Assembly: GCA_963816975.1 (NCBI GenBank)
Contig: CAWFMD010000003.1
Location: 265,445 to 329,444 of the forward strand
DNA length: 64,000 nucleotides
Direction of reading: 5' to 3'
DNA from: an uncultured Solirubrobacterales bacterium
GTDB taxonomy: Bacteria > Actinomycetota > Thermoleophilia > Solirubrobacterales > JBBDJG01
Shown here: positions 10,681 to 19,657 of the stretch, piece after piece
Layout of the letters: each line of letters begins with the position of its first letter
Numbering within the stretch: the stretch's first letter is position 1
The notes under the pieces: generated by a model
Told to the model about the DNA's origin: nothing
Seen by the model: the letters and a program-made list of their open reading frames with translations, nothing else
Database searches by the model: none
Position numbers and translations under genes: made by a program

Positions 10681-11958
10681 CTAGTGCGAGCCCGCGGCGA
10701 CCGTGCCGATGTCGCGCATGATGTTCTCGGCGTGCGGCCCCGGCCGGCGTCCGGCCCCCTGGCGCTCGAGCTCGCGCTCGACGAGGTCCCGGTTCAGGTC
10801 GAGGAAGCGTGAGCGGCAGTCGAGCTCGGTCCGCGACCGCCTCGTCGAACAGCCGTCGCAGCGAAGCCTTCGGTGATCGGCCGGCCGCCGAGGCCGGCGA
10901 TCACCGTCGTAGCCGTGCAGCTGGATGCCCGACAGCGCCAGCCGCACGTTCTGGCCGAACGATCCCGCCGATGCCCGACCGCGAACGCCTTCTCGAGCGA
11001 CGACCACGCGCTTGGCGTCGCGCGAGCGCCGCGCGCACCTCCTCGAGCGGGAACGGCCGGAAGCACTTGATCGCGAGCGCGCCGATGCTGCACGCCCTCG
11101 TCGCGCAGCTCGTCGACGACGTCCTCGATCGTGCCGAGCACCGAGCCGAGCGCCACGACGATCGGTCTCGGCGTCCGTCGGCGCGGTAGCGCGCGCACCA
11201 GCCCGCCCGACTCGCGCCCGAACGCAGCCTGCGAACTCGGCGGCGATCTCGCGGGATCAGCGTCGAGCGCCTGCATCTGCTTGGCGTGCATCAGGTACTT
11301 GACCTCGGTGAACGCCTCCGGGCCCGACCATCGCGCCGATCGTCACCGGCTCGGCGGGGTCGAGCACCTGGCGCGGCTCGAACGGCGGCAGGAACGCGTC
11401 GACCTGCTCCTGGCTCGGGACGTCGACCCGCTCGTAGGCGTGCGTGAGGATGAAGCCGTCCATGCAGACCATCACCGGCAGCGAGAGCTCCTCGGCGAGC
11501 CTGAACGCCTGGATGTGCAGGTCGAGCGCCTCCTGGTTGGACTCGGCGTAGAGCTGGATCCAGCCCGAGTCGCGCTGCGACATCGAGTCGCGAGTGGTCG
11601 TTCCAGATGTTGATCGGCGCGCCGATCGCGCGGTTGGCGACCGTCATCACGATCGGCAGGCCGAGGCCGGACGCGTTGTAGAGCGCCTCGGCCATGTACA
11701 GCAGGCCCTGGCTGGCGGTCGCGGTGTAGGCGCGCGCGCCGGTCGCCGAGGCGCCGATCGCCGACCGACATCGCGGCGAACTCGGACTCGACGTTGATGA
11801 ACTCGCACGGCGCGAGCTCGCCGCGTGCTGCACGAGGTCGGAGAGCGCCTCGACGATGTGCGTCTGCGGCGAGATCGGGTAGGCGCAGATGACCTCGGGC
11901 CGGCACAGCGCGACCGCTCTCGGCGACGGCGCGCGAGCCCTCGATCTGCTCTAAGCAT
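10681..11958 (-). pseudogene. porA: 2-oxoacid:ferredoxin oxidoreductase alpha subunit, heavily frameshifted
   Basis: [94 protein letters not shown] and [44 protein letters not shown].. lie in alternating frames. ATG 11958 overlaps the porG stop. Confidence 0.75.
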
Positions 11959-12540
11959 GCGCGAGCTCCTCGATCTGGCGCTGCACGAGCGCGTAGGCCG
12001 CCCGCGCGGCCGCGACGTTGCCCTCGCCGCGAGCGGGCCCGGGAACGCTCGCGCGATCGCCGCGGCGACGCGAGTCGAGCGAGACGACGCCGGTGAGCGC
12101 CGCGAACGCCGCCGAGCAGCGCGGCGTTCGGGCATCGGGCGGCCCAGGTGCTCGCGCGCGAGCTCGCGTGGCCGGCGACCGTGCATCAGGCGCTCGGCGC
12201 GGAACCGCGTCGCGAAGTCGCCCAGCCCGAGCTCGTCGAAGCTGCGCGCGGTGTTGATCAGCACGTAGCCGTCGGGCCGAGGCCGCTCGAACACGTCGAC
12301 CTGGTGCAGCAGCGTCGGGTCCTGGACGATCAGCGCGTCCGGCGTGGAGATCGGCTCGCGGGCGCGGATCGGCGCGGTCGTCGATGCGGCAGAAGGCGAC
12401 ACGGGCGCGCCCGTGCGCTCGGAGCCGAAGCTCGGGAACGCCTGGGCGTGGCGGCCCTCGAGGAACGCCGCGACGGAGAGCAGCTCGGCGGCGGTGACGA
12501 CGCCCTGGCCGCCGCGCCCGTGGAAGCGAACTTGGAACAT
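11951..12540 (-). pseudogene. porG: 2-oxoacid:ferredoxin oxidoreductase gamma subunit, frameshifted
   Basis: ATG 12540 opens MFQVRFHGRGGQGVVTAAELLSVAAFLEGRHAQAFPSFGSERTGAPV. At least 7 frame changes follow (VAFCRIDDR / PIRAREPISTPDALIVQDP.. / AAFAALTGVVSLDS / ..) before EGNVAAARAAYALVQRQIEELAHA*. Confidence 0.75.
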
Positions 12541-12560
12541 GCTCGAGCTGGCGCTCGCGG

Positions 12561-13004
12561 CTAGGCCGGTCCCGCGGCCAGCACGGACGCAATCCCGAGC
12601 GCCGAGATCACGCCGACGGGTCGACCCGTCTCGGGCTGCACGGCGAGCAGATGCGAGCACTTGTGATCCACCATTGCGTGGGCGGCGGCACTCAGCGTCT
12701 CGTTCGCCGGCACTGTGATCAGCAAGCGGCTCGCGAGGTCGGCGGCAGTCACTTTCGAGCTGTCGGATGTGGCCGCGGCCGCGATGTCCATGTCGGTCAC
12801 GATGCCCCACGGACTCCCCGCGGACGCGGGGTTTCCGACCAGCAGGGAGTGGATCTGGTAGCTGACCATGATCCGGCAGGCGTCGCGCAGCGACGTGTCG
12901 GGCTCACAGGTCACGATGCCGATTCGCATCACGTCGTGGACTCTCGCTGCGGCGAACGCCGGGCCGACGTAGTGGTGCGGGTAAGGCTGCAGGGCCGTCG
13001 ACAT
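12561..13004 (-). CDS. CBS domain-pair protein (paralogue of 2428-2874)
   Basis: ORF 12561..13256 trimmed to ATG 13004 behind SD AGGAGGC (MSTALQPYPHHYVGPAFAAARVHDVMRIGIVTCEPDTSL..). Two CBS motifs. Confidence 0.85.
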   Translation of the reverse strand: MSTALQPYPHHYVGPAFAAARVHDVMRIGIVTCEPDTSLRDACRIMVSYQIHSLLVGNPASAGSPWGIVTDMDIAAAATSDSSKVTAADLASRLLITVPANETLSAAAHAMVDHKCSHLLAVQPETGRPVGVISALGIASVLAAGPA

Positions 13005-13185
13005 CTCTATGCCTCCTGGTGCGGAATCGACTGCGTGACCGGAGGCTACGGCCGTTGGGCGCCAACATCGGCCGTGCGCCCCCGGATCTCGTATCCGTAG
13101 TTGCCCGTGAACTCGCAGCAGGCGCGGGCGCGGTCCACACCGAGGCCGTGCGCTCCGTTGCAGCGCGCGGCTACGATGGCGCGGT

Positions 13186-14088
13186 GTGGTGACCGCGATC
13201 AGCACCGGAGCCGGCCTGTTGCTCGTCTTGGTCGCGCTGCGCGACATCTTCGACACGCTCTTTCACCCGCATGGTCGGGGTGTCGTGAGCGAGGCGGTGA
13301 TCCGGCGGATCTGGCGCGTGATGCGAATCGCGATCCGCGGCAACCACGCGGCGCTCTCGCTGGCGGGCCCGCTGGCGTTCGTCGGGGTGATCGCCGTTTG
13401 GGGAGCCCTGATCGTCGTCGGCTTCGCGCTGATGCTCTGGCCGTATTTCCCGGAAGGGTTCGCGTCCAGCGCGGGAGCCGAGGTCGCGCCGGGAGCCGAT
13501 TTCGCGAATGCGCTGTACCTGTCGATGGTCAACCTCACCAGCCTCGGGTACGGGGACATCGTTCCCACCGCCGACCTGCTGCGGTTCCTCGCCCCGCTCG
13601 AGACGGTCCTGGGACTGGGTCTGTTGACCGCGAGCATCTCCTGGATCCTGCTTCTGTATCGCGTGCTCTCCGACTACCGCTCCCTCTCGCACGAGATCTC
13701 GCTGCTGGCAGGAGCGGAGCGCATCAGCGGGACGGGGCTGGCTTCGATCGAGGCGCCGGTCGCCGCACAGGTACTCGCGAATTTCACGTCGAGGGTGGTG
13801 GCGATGCGCGACGACCTGATGCACTCACCGATCGCGTACTACTTCCACCCGCGCGACGCACGGCACGCCCTGCCTGTGCTGCTGCCGGCCCTGATGCACG
13901 TTGTCGAGGAGTGCTCCCGGCAAGGTCAGGGCCCGGCGCTGCGGTTCCAGGCCGCGATGCTGCGCCAGTCACTCGACGACCTGCTCGACACCATCGCCGA
14001 GGAGTTCGTCGGAACCCCCGGCGGCAGCCCGTCCGAGACGCTTGCCGCATACCGGCTCGACCACCGCTGGGCCACCGGCCCGGCATAG
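13186..14088 (+). CDS. potassium channel family protein (2TM pore type)
   Basis: 300 aa. TM helices flank the pore signature NLTSLGYGDIVP (TxGYGD selectivity filter). The C-terminal cytoplasmic domain of about 150 aa cannot be assigned. GTG start. Confidence 0.8.
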   Translation: MVTAISTGAGLLLVLVALRDIFDTLFHPHGRGVVSEAVIRRIWRVMRIAIRGNHAALSLAGPLAFVGVIAVWGALIVVGFALMLWPYFPEGFASSAGAEVAPGADFANALYLSMVNLTSLGYGDIVPTADLLRFLAPLETVLGLGLLTASISWILLLYRVLSDYRSLSHEISLLAGAERISGTGLASIEAPVAAQVLANFTSRVVAMRDDLMHSPIAYYFHPRDARHALPVLLPALMHVVEECSRQGQGPALRFQAAMLRQSLDDLLDTIAEEFVGTPGGSPSETLAAYRLDHRWATGPA

Positions 14089-14117
14089 CCCCTCGCGGCT
14101 TCGGTACGTTGGGAGTC

Positions 14118-15296
14118 GTGGTCGCACAAGACGCAGCCTCGCATCGCGTGACGATCGCCGGCGGTGGCATCGCCGCGATCGAGGCAACGCTTGCCCTGCG
14201 TGACCTGGCAGGCGACCTGCCGATCGAATTGATCGCGCCCGCGACGCACGCCGACTACCGCCCCCTCGCGGTGCTGGAGCCGTTCGCGCTCGGCGAGATG
14301 CCGGCGTTCGACCTGGCCGATTTCGCGTCGCAGCACAGAGCCGCGCTGCGGCGCGACACGCTCGTGGCCGTACAACAGGCTGAGCACACGATCGTGACCG
14401 GGCGCGGGGACCGCCTGCCGTACGAGCTCCTGATCGTGGCGGCCGGGGCCCAGGCCGTGGAAGCGATCCCGGGCGCGCTCACCTTCCGCGGGCACGTCGA
14501 CCAGCGACGAGTTGGCCTGCTGGTCGAGGAGTACGCGATGCGAGAGCTGCGCCGACTGGTGTTCGCCATCCCCCAGGGAGAGGCCTGGACCCTGCCGGCC
14601 TACGAGCTGGCGCTGATGACCCATGCGAGCCTCGCCGCCCGTGCGGTGTCCGACTGCGAGCTGCAGATCGTCACGCCCGAGCGGCGGCCGCTCGAGCTGT
14701 TCGGCGAGCCGGCGAGTCGCGCCGTGCGCGAACTGCTCGACCAGGCGGGCATCGCCACGAGGACCGGAGCGCACCCCCGACGGCTCGCCGCCGGCGCGCT
14801 GCAGCTTTCGAACGGCGAGCAGATCCGGACGGACCGCGTTGTGGCCCTCCCGCGACTTGTCGGGCCCCGCTTCCAGGGACTGCCATCCGACGAGCACGGC
14901 TTCATCCGCACCGATCAGCATGGCCTGGTCGTCGGATTCGACGACGTCTATGCCGCGGGCGACGCGACCGCGTACCCGGTCAAGCAGGGCGGCCTGGCGG
15001 CGCAGCAAGCCGACGCGGTGGCAGAGGCGATCGCCGCACGCGTCGGCGCCGACCTGGACCCGCAGCCGTTCCGGCCCGTTCTGCGCGGCCTCCTGATGAC
15101 CGGCGCGACCACACGCTATCTCGAGTCCGGGGCCGGTCGGCACGCCGGCGCGAGGCCGGCGCTTTGGTCGCCCCAGAGCAAGGTCTTCGGCCGTTATCTG
15201 CTGCCCTACCTGGGTGCCGGCGCAAACGTGCTGGAGGGCGCCGCGGGCAGCGGCGAGGACACCGTGGCGGCCGAGCTGGACCTGCCGGTTCGTTAG
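14118..15296 (+). CDS. FAD-dependent oxidoreductase (SQR/NDH-2-like), paralogue of 1227-2426
   Basis: ORF 13101..15296 trimmed to GTG 14118 (SD GGGAG): VVAQDAASHRVTIAGGGIAAIEA..YAAGDATAYPVKQGGLAAQQAD.. Collinear with, and roughly 45% identical by eye to, the 1227-2426 product. Confidence 0.8.
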   Translation: MVAQDAASHRVTIAGGGIAAIEATLALRDLAGDLPIELIAPATHADYRPLAVLEPFALGEMPAFDLADFASQHRAALRRDTLVAVQQAEHTIVTGRGDRLPYELLIVAAGAQAVEAIPGALTFRGHVDQRRVGLLVEEYAMRELRRLVFAIPQGEAWTLPAYELALMTHASLAARAVSDCELQIVTPERRPLELFGEPASRAVRELLDQAGIATRTGAHPRRLAAGALQLSNGEQIRTDRVVALPRLVGPRFQGLPSDEHGFIRTDQHGLVVGFDDVYAAGDATAYPVKQGGLAAQQADAVAEAIAARVGADLDPQPFRPVLRGLLMTGATTRYLESGAGRHAGARPALWSPQSKVFGRYLLPYLGAGANVLEGAAGSGEDTVAAELDLPVR

Positions 15297-15341
15297 AGCG
15301 ATGCTTCCCGGTGTTCAACAGCAACAACGAAAGGGATCGAG

Positions 15342-15765
15342 ATGTTCACCAGGGTGATCTGGGCGACCGATGGCTCGGACACGGCCGACGACGCACTCGA
15401 TCATGCGGAAGGCGCTCGCGAACGTAGAAGGAGCGACCCTGACGGTCGTGCACGTGGTGCAGACGTACGCCAGCGCCCTGTCCGCGGGCCTGCCGCTGTA
15501 TGCCGAGCAGGAGGAGCTGAAGGCCAAGGTCTCACGGCAGGCATCCGGCCTGCGCGACGAGGGGCTCGACGTCACCGACAGGATCGTCACCACGCCCGCG
15601 AACCCGGCTCACGCCATCGCAGATGTCGCGACCGACGTCGGAGCGGACCTGATCGTGGTGGGAACGCGCGGACATACAGCGCTCGGGGGGCTGCTGGTCG
15701 GCAGCGTGACGCAGCGACTCCTCCACATCGCTCCATGCCCGGTGCTCGCCGTGCCGCCGCGCTGA
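15342..15765 (+). pseudogene. universal stress protein, one frameshift near 15405
   Basis: MFTRVIWATDGSDTADDALDHA (frame of ATG 15342, SD AAGGGA) continues as RKALANVEGATLTVVHVVQ..GADLIVVGTRGHTALGGLLVGSVTQRLLHIAPCPVLAVP in ORF 15370..15765. Confidence 0.7.
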
Positions 15766-15767
15766 GG

Positions 15768-16730
15768 TCAGGACGCCACGGCCGCCGCCCCCGTCCCCTT
15801 GACATCGTCGAGTCCCTCACGCATCCCCCGGGGGAAGACGAGCACCGGGCACGTGCTCGAGTCGAGCAGCGCCGTCGAGACGGAGCCCAGCAGCACACAC
15901 CGCAAGGGCCCGTATCCACGTGAGCCCAGGACGAGCAGGTCCGCGGCCGCGGCCACGGCGACATCCTCCAGCCCGGCCACGGGCTCACCGAACCGGAACT
16001 CACCGCTGACTTCGACGCCCATCCCGGAGGCCGCGGACATCGCCTGCTGAAGCTGTGCCTGCCGCTGCTCCTCGATCGCTGCCTTGAGGTCGGGGTAGCC
16101 GGCAGTCGCTCCAGCGCCCTTGCCGGGGACGAGGGGCGGCACCTCGGCGAACATGGCGATCCGGACCCGGGCACGCGCGGCTCTCGCAATCTCGAGCGCC
16201 TGTCGCAGGGCGATCTCGGCCTCGGGCGATGCGTCGTATCCGACGACGATCGACTCGAGGCTCGAGCTTTCGCGATCGTGGAGGCCGGGGGGTGCGACCG
16301 CGACCGCGCAGGGAGAGCCGTGCAGGAGGCGCCGTGCGGTGCTGCCGACAAGCACCCGGCCGACCCGGCCGCGATGGGACGAGCCCACGACGATCAGGCG
16401 CGCATCCATCTCCCGCGCGAGGTCGTGCAGTCCGCGGGCAGGCGACTCGGCGGCACGCGTCACGGCCTCCGCGCCGGCGGCTGCCGCGACTCGCTCGATC
16501 CGCTCCGTTGCTTCCGGGTCGAGATCCTGAAAGTCGGGGTCGAAGTGGATCACGAGAGGGTCCGCGGTGAGCACGCCGGCCACGATCAGCCGCGCATCGA
16601 TGACTTCCGCGAACCATCCCCCGAGAGCCAGTGCGTCCTCACCCCGCTTGCTCCCGTCGAATCCCACGATCACTTTGCTCTTCAAGGAAATCCCCTCCCG
16701 AGGCTGTCTGAAGCTCGCTCTTGCGCCCAT
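15768..16730 (-). CDS. tandem universal stress protein (two USP domains)
   Basis: 320 aa with ..LIVVGSSHRGRVGRVLVGSTARRLLHGSPCAVAV.. and ..LLVLGSRGYGPLRCVLLGSVSTALLDSSTCPVLVF.. Exact start uncertain. Confidence 0.8.
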   Translation of the reverse strand: MGARASFRQPREGISLKSKVIVGFDGSKRGEDALALGGWFAEVIDARLIVAGVLTADPLVIHFDPDFQDLDPEATERIERVAAAAGAEAVTRAAESPARGLHDLAREMDARLIVVGSSHRGRVGRVLVGSTARRLLHGSPCAVAVAPPGLHDRESSSLESIVVGYDASPEAEIALRQALEIARAARARVRIAMFAEVPPLVPGKGAGATAGYPDLKAAIEEQRQAQLQQAMSAASGMGVEVSGEFRFGEPVAGLEDVAVAAAADLLVLGSRGYGPLRCVLLGSVSTALLDSSTCPVLVFPRGMREGLDDVKGTGAAAVAS

Positions 16731-16826
16731 ACAGGCTGTCGGAGCGGCAGCGACCTCGCATCGGACCTAAGCCGCAGAGATCTCCGTAGTAGTCCCCACC
16801 AGACCCGGCCGCCGGGCCGCGCGACC

Positions 16827-17642
16827 TCAGCTCACGAAGGTCGTGGGCGACGCTGCGTAGCGGCGGGCCACCGCGGCCGGCTCGGGCAGGACACGATCCA
16901 CGAGCCGTATTGCCGGCCGCCGCTCGATCTCCGATCGCAGGTCGCGCCGGTAGGTCAGCAGCGCAAGGCTCGGCGCGATCAAGAAGTCGGCGGCGTAGAG
17001 CTGGTCCCCGTTGAGCACCCCGGCCTCGATCCAGCCGTCGATCCGGTCGAGCATGCCCGGCAACGTCTCCAGCAGCTCGGAATCCGCGCGCTCCCCCGCT
17101 GCGAAGACCAGCCGCCCCACCACGCGCGCGCCGACCCTTCTGACCGCGGGCTGCCGCCACAACAGGGGGCCCAGCCGGCCGTCCCCGCCCCGCTCGATGA
17201 GCGCGTCAGGGCCGTGCACGAATGCCGAGAGCCCCACGCGGCGCGCCGTCATCTGGAAGACCTCGTCGCCCCAGCGCTCCGCCTCCTCGACGGCGCGTCG
17301 CAGGTCCGCGTCGGCGGGGAAGAGCGGTGGATCGGGCCGCAACCCCTCGAGCACGCGCGCGATCTCGCGGTTGGTCTTGACGTGCTGACCATCGACCAGG
17401 AGCGCGGGCACCGTCCCCATCCGATCCACGGTCCCGAGCATGCGGTGGGGTCGGTCGTCGAGGTGGCGGAACGGGGCCGGATTTCCCCCGAAGCCGCGCA
17501 GCCGCAGGAGAAAGGGATGCAGGCCGGTGGGCAGCTCCACCAGTTCGTATTCGATGTCCTTGTGCTCCAGCATCAGCATCCCCGTGCGACACGCGTGCGA
17601 GCCGAGGATCACGTAGAGCTTCGCCTTCATCGTGGGCAGCAT
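16827..17642 (-). CDS. glutathione S-transferase-like protein (thioredoxin-fold N-terminus)
   Basis: 271 aa with KLYVILGSHACRTGMLMLEHKDIEYELVEL and a cis-Pro motif GTVPALLVDG. Helical C-terminal half. Start could be ATG 17630. Confidence 0.5.
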   Translation of the reverse strand: MLPTMKAKLYVILGSHACRTGMLMLEHKDIEYELVELPTGLHPFLLRLRGFGGNPAPFRHLDDRPHRMLGTVDRMGTVPALLVDGQHVKTNREIARVLEGLRPDPPLFPADADLRRAVEEAERWGDEVFQMTARRVGLSAFVHGPDALIERGGDGRLGPLLWRQPAVRRVGARVVGRLVFAAGERADSELLETLPGMLDRIDGWIEAGVLNGDQLYAADFLIAPSLALLTYRRDLRSEIERRPAIRLVDRVLPEPAAVARRYAASPTTFVS

Positions 17643-17653
17643 ACGCTTGTCGA

Positions 17654-18238
17654 ATGGTCCACCGCTGCGAATGGGCCGGCGACAGCGACCCGCTGATGCT
17701 CGCCTACCACGATCAGGAGTGGGGGGTGCCGGAGCATGACGACCGGCGCCTGTACGAGCTGTTGACGCTCGAGGGCGCGCAGGCGGGGCTGTCGTGGTCG
17801 ACGATCCTGCGAAAGCGGGACGGCTACCGCGCCGCGTTCGGCGGGTTCGACCCCAAGCGGGTGGCGCGTTTTGGCGACCGCGAGGTCGAGCGGTTGCTTC
17901 AGGATCGCGGCATCGTGCGAAACCGCCTGAAGGTCGAATCGACGGTCAACAACGCGCGCCGAGTGCTGGAGGTGCAGGAGGAGCTTGGCAGCTTCGACGC
18001 ATACGTCTGGCAACTCGTCGGCGGCAGCCCGATCGACGGCCGCCGCCGCAAGCTCGCGGACCTGCCGGCGCAGACGCCGGAGTCGCAGGCGCTGAGCAAG
18101 GACCTCAAGCGGCGTGGCTTTCGGTTCGTGGGGCCGACGGTCTGCTACGCCTTCATGCAGGCGGCCGGACTGGTCAACGATCACGTGACCGGCTGCTTCC
18201 GGTACCGCGCGGTGGCGGGAGCCGGCGGCCCGGTCTAG
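17654..18238 (+). CDS. tag: DNA-3-methyladenine glycosylase I
   Basis: 194 aa with CEWAGDSDPLMLAYHDQEWGVP, LTLEGAQAGLSWSTIL and C-terminal NDHVTGCF, the Tag family pattern. Confidence 0.85.
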   Translation: MVHRCEWAGDSDPLMLAYHDQEWGVPEHDDRRLYELLTLEGAQAGLSWSTILRKRDGYRAAFGGFDPKRVARFGDREVERLLQDRGIVRNRLKVESTVNNARRVLEVQEELGSFDAYVWQLVGGSPIDGRRRKLADLPAQTPESQALSKDLKRRGFRFVGPTVCYAFMQAAGLVNDHVTGCFRYRAVAGAGGPV

Positions 18239-18247
18239 CATTCGCCG

Positions 18248-18856
18248 ATGAGCTTCGTCTCCCGCGGGTTCAAGGGGTTCCGCCGCATTCCGGAGGAGCT
18301 GGCCGACCGCGTGCCGCCGGGGCAGTACATCGAGCCCGGGTTCCCTGTGTTGACAGCCGGCCCGACCCCCGACATCGCCCCCGGCGATTGGAGCGTGCGG
18401 ATCGACGGCATGGTCGCGGACGAGCGCGAATGGACGGCTGCCGAGTTTGCGGAGCTGCCGTCCGAGACGGTGCCGTGCGACATCCACTGCGTGACGAAGT
18501 GGTCGAAGCTGGGCACCAGCTTCGGCGGAGTTTCGCTGGACGCGCTGTTCGAGCAGGCCGAGCCACTCGGCGCGTACGCGATGGTCCACTCTTACGGCGG
18601 GTACACCACCAACCTGCCGGTCGAGGACCTGACCGACGGCAAGGCGTGGATCGTGACGGAGCACGAGGGGGAGCCGCTGCCCCGCGAGCACGGCGGGCCG
18701 GCGCGACTGCTCGTGCCCCACCTGTACTTCTGGAAGAGCGCGAAATGGATCGCCGGGCTGCGGATCATGGACCATGACGAGCCTGGCTTCTGGGAGGCGA
18801 ACGGGTACCACAACCGCGGCGACCCTTGGAAGGAAGAGCGGTATTGGAGCGACTGA
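18248..18856 (+). CDS. sulfite-oxidase-like molybdopterin-binding oxidoreductase
   Basis: 202 aa with CDIHCVTKWSKLG and GGPARLLVPHLYFWKSAKW, typical of the Moco oxidoreductase domain. Confidence 0.8.
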   Translation: MSFVSRGFKGFRRIPEELADRVPPGQYIEPGFPVLTAGPTPDIAPGDWSVRIDGMVADEREWTAAEFAELPSETVPCDIHCVTKWSKLGTSFGGVSLDALFEQAEPLGAYAMVHSYGGYTTNLPVEDLTDGKAWIVTEHEGEPLPREHGGPARLLVPHLYFWKSAKWIAGLRIMDHDEPGFWEANGYHNRGDPWKEERYWSD

Positions 18857-19566
18857 CTCCGGTGGAGCAGCGCGCGCCCGGACGCTGGCAGGTCGGAACC
18901 GTCGTGGCGGTCAAGCGGGAGACGCCGCGAGTCAAGTCGTTTCGCATCGGACTGCCGATGTGGATTCCGCATCTGCCGGGCCAGCACTACGACGTGCGCC
19001 TCACGGCTCCCGACGGTTACACGGCGCAGCGCTCCTACTCGATCGCCTCCTCACCGCTGGACCAGGGTGAGGTCGAGCTGACGATCGACCGGCTCGACGA
19101 CGGCGAGGTCTCGCCGTACTTCCACGACGTCGTCGAGGCGGGCGACCAGGTCGAGCTGCGTGGGCCGTTTGCCTCGTACTTCGTGTGGCGCGCCGAGGCG
19201 CCGGTGCTGCTCGTCGGCGGCGGTTCGGGCGTCGTGCCGCTGATGGCAATGCTGCGCCACCGCCGGCGCATCATGCCGGAGCTTCGCATGCGGCTGATCT
19301 ACTCGGTGCGCGCCGCCGACGAGGTGATCTACGCCGACGAGCTCGGCGACGACGCGATGCTGACGTTCACGCGGGAGCCACCCGCCGGTTGGACGGGGCA
19401 CACCGGCCGCATCGACTCCGCGCTGATCGCGGCGACGGTGGACACGCCGGGCACGGCCTTCGTGTGCGGGTCGAACGGGTTCGTCGAGGCGGCCTCGGGC
19501 CTGCTGCTGGGGGCCGGCTTCGATGCGGGCTCGATCCGCACCGAGCGCTTCGGCCCGACCGGCTGA
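18826..19566 (+). CDS. FNR-like FAD/NAD(P)-binding oxidoreductase
   Basis: 246 aa with RSYSIAS (RxYS FAD motif) and LLVGGGSGVVPLMAM. TTG start overlaps the upstream gene by 31 nt, so the start is uncertain. Confidence 0.75.
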   Translation: MEGRAVLERLTPVEQRAPGRWQVGTVVAVKRETPRVKSFRIGLPMWIPHLPGQHYDVRLTAPDGYTAQRSYSIASSPLDQGEVELTIDRLDDGEVSPYFHDVVEAGDQVELRGPFASYFVWRAEAPVLLVGGGSGVVPLMAMLRHRRRIMPELRMRLIYSVRAADEVIYADELGDDAMLTFTREPPAGWTGHTGRIDSALIAATVDTPGTAFVCGSNGFVEAASGLLLGAGFDAGSIRTERFGPTG

Positions 19567-19657
19567 GCAGCGGCGGCCGGCTCACGGCCGCAGAGGCGTC
19601 TGGGATCATGCCCCGCTCCGGCAATGCGAGTGGCTCGCTCTACACAGGAGGAATCGA

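Noticed and set aside
8100-12400. Programmed ribosomal frameshifting or recoding as an explanation for the broken POR/GltD genes
   Set aside because: There are dozens of shifts in both directions, with no common slippery heptamer or downstream structure. Single recoding events are known, but not arrays of this kind.
13101-14117. N-terminal 339 aa of the 731-aa ORF 13101..15296
   Set aside because: Low-complexity Arg/Pro/Gly sequence that overlaps the well-supported K+ channel gene in another frame. The real flavoprotein starts at GTG 14118 behind GGGAG.
16763-16797. DosR-box-like half sites: GGGAC(N22-24)GGTCC upstream of the tandem USP, again at 26757-26789 upstream of tkt, and GTGAC(N22)GGTCC upstream of the CBS gene at about 2890-2925
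   Set aside because: The spacing is variable and far larger than in the mycobacterial DosR palindrome. The 5-mers are common in 70% GC DNA. This is not enough to call a motif without a statistical search.
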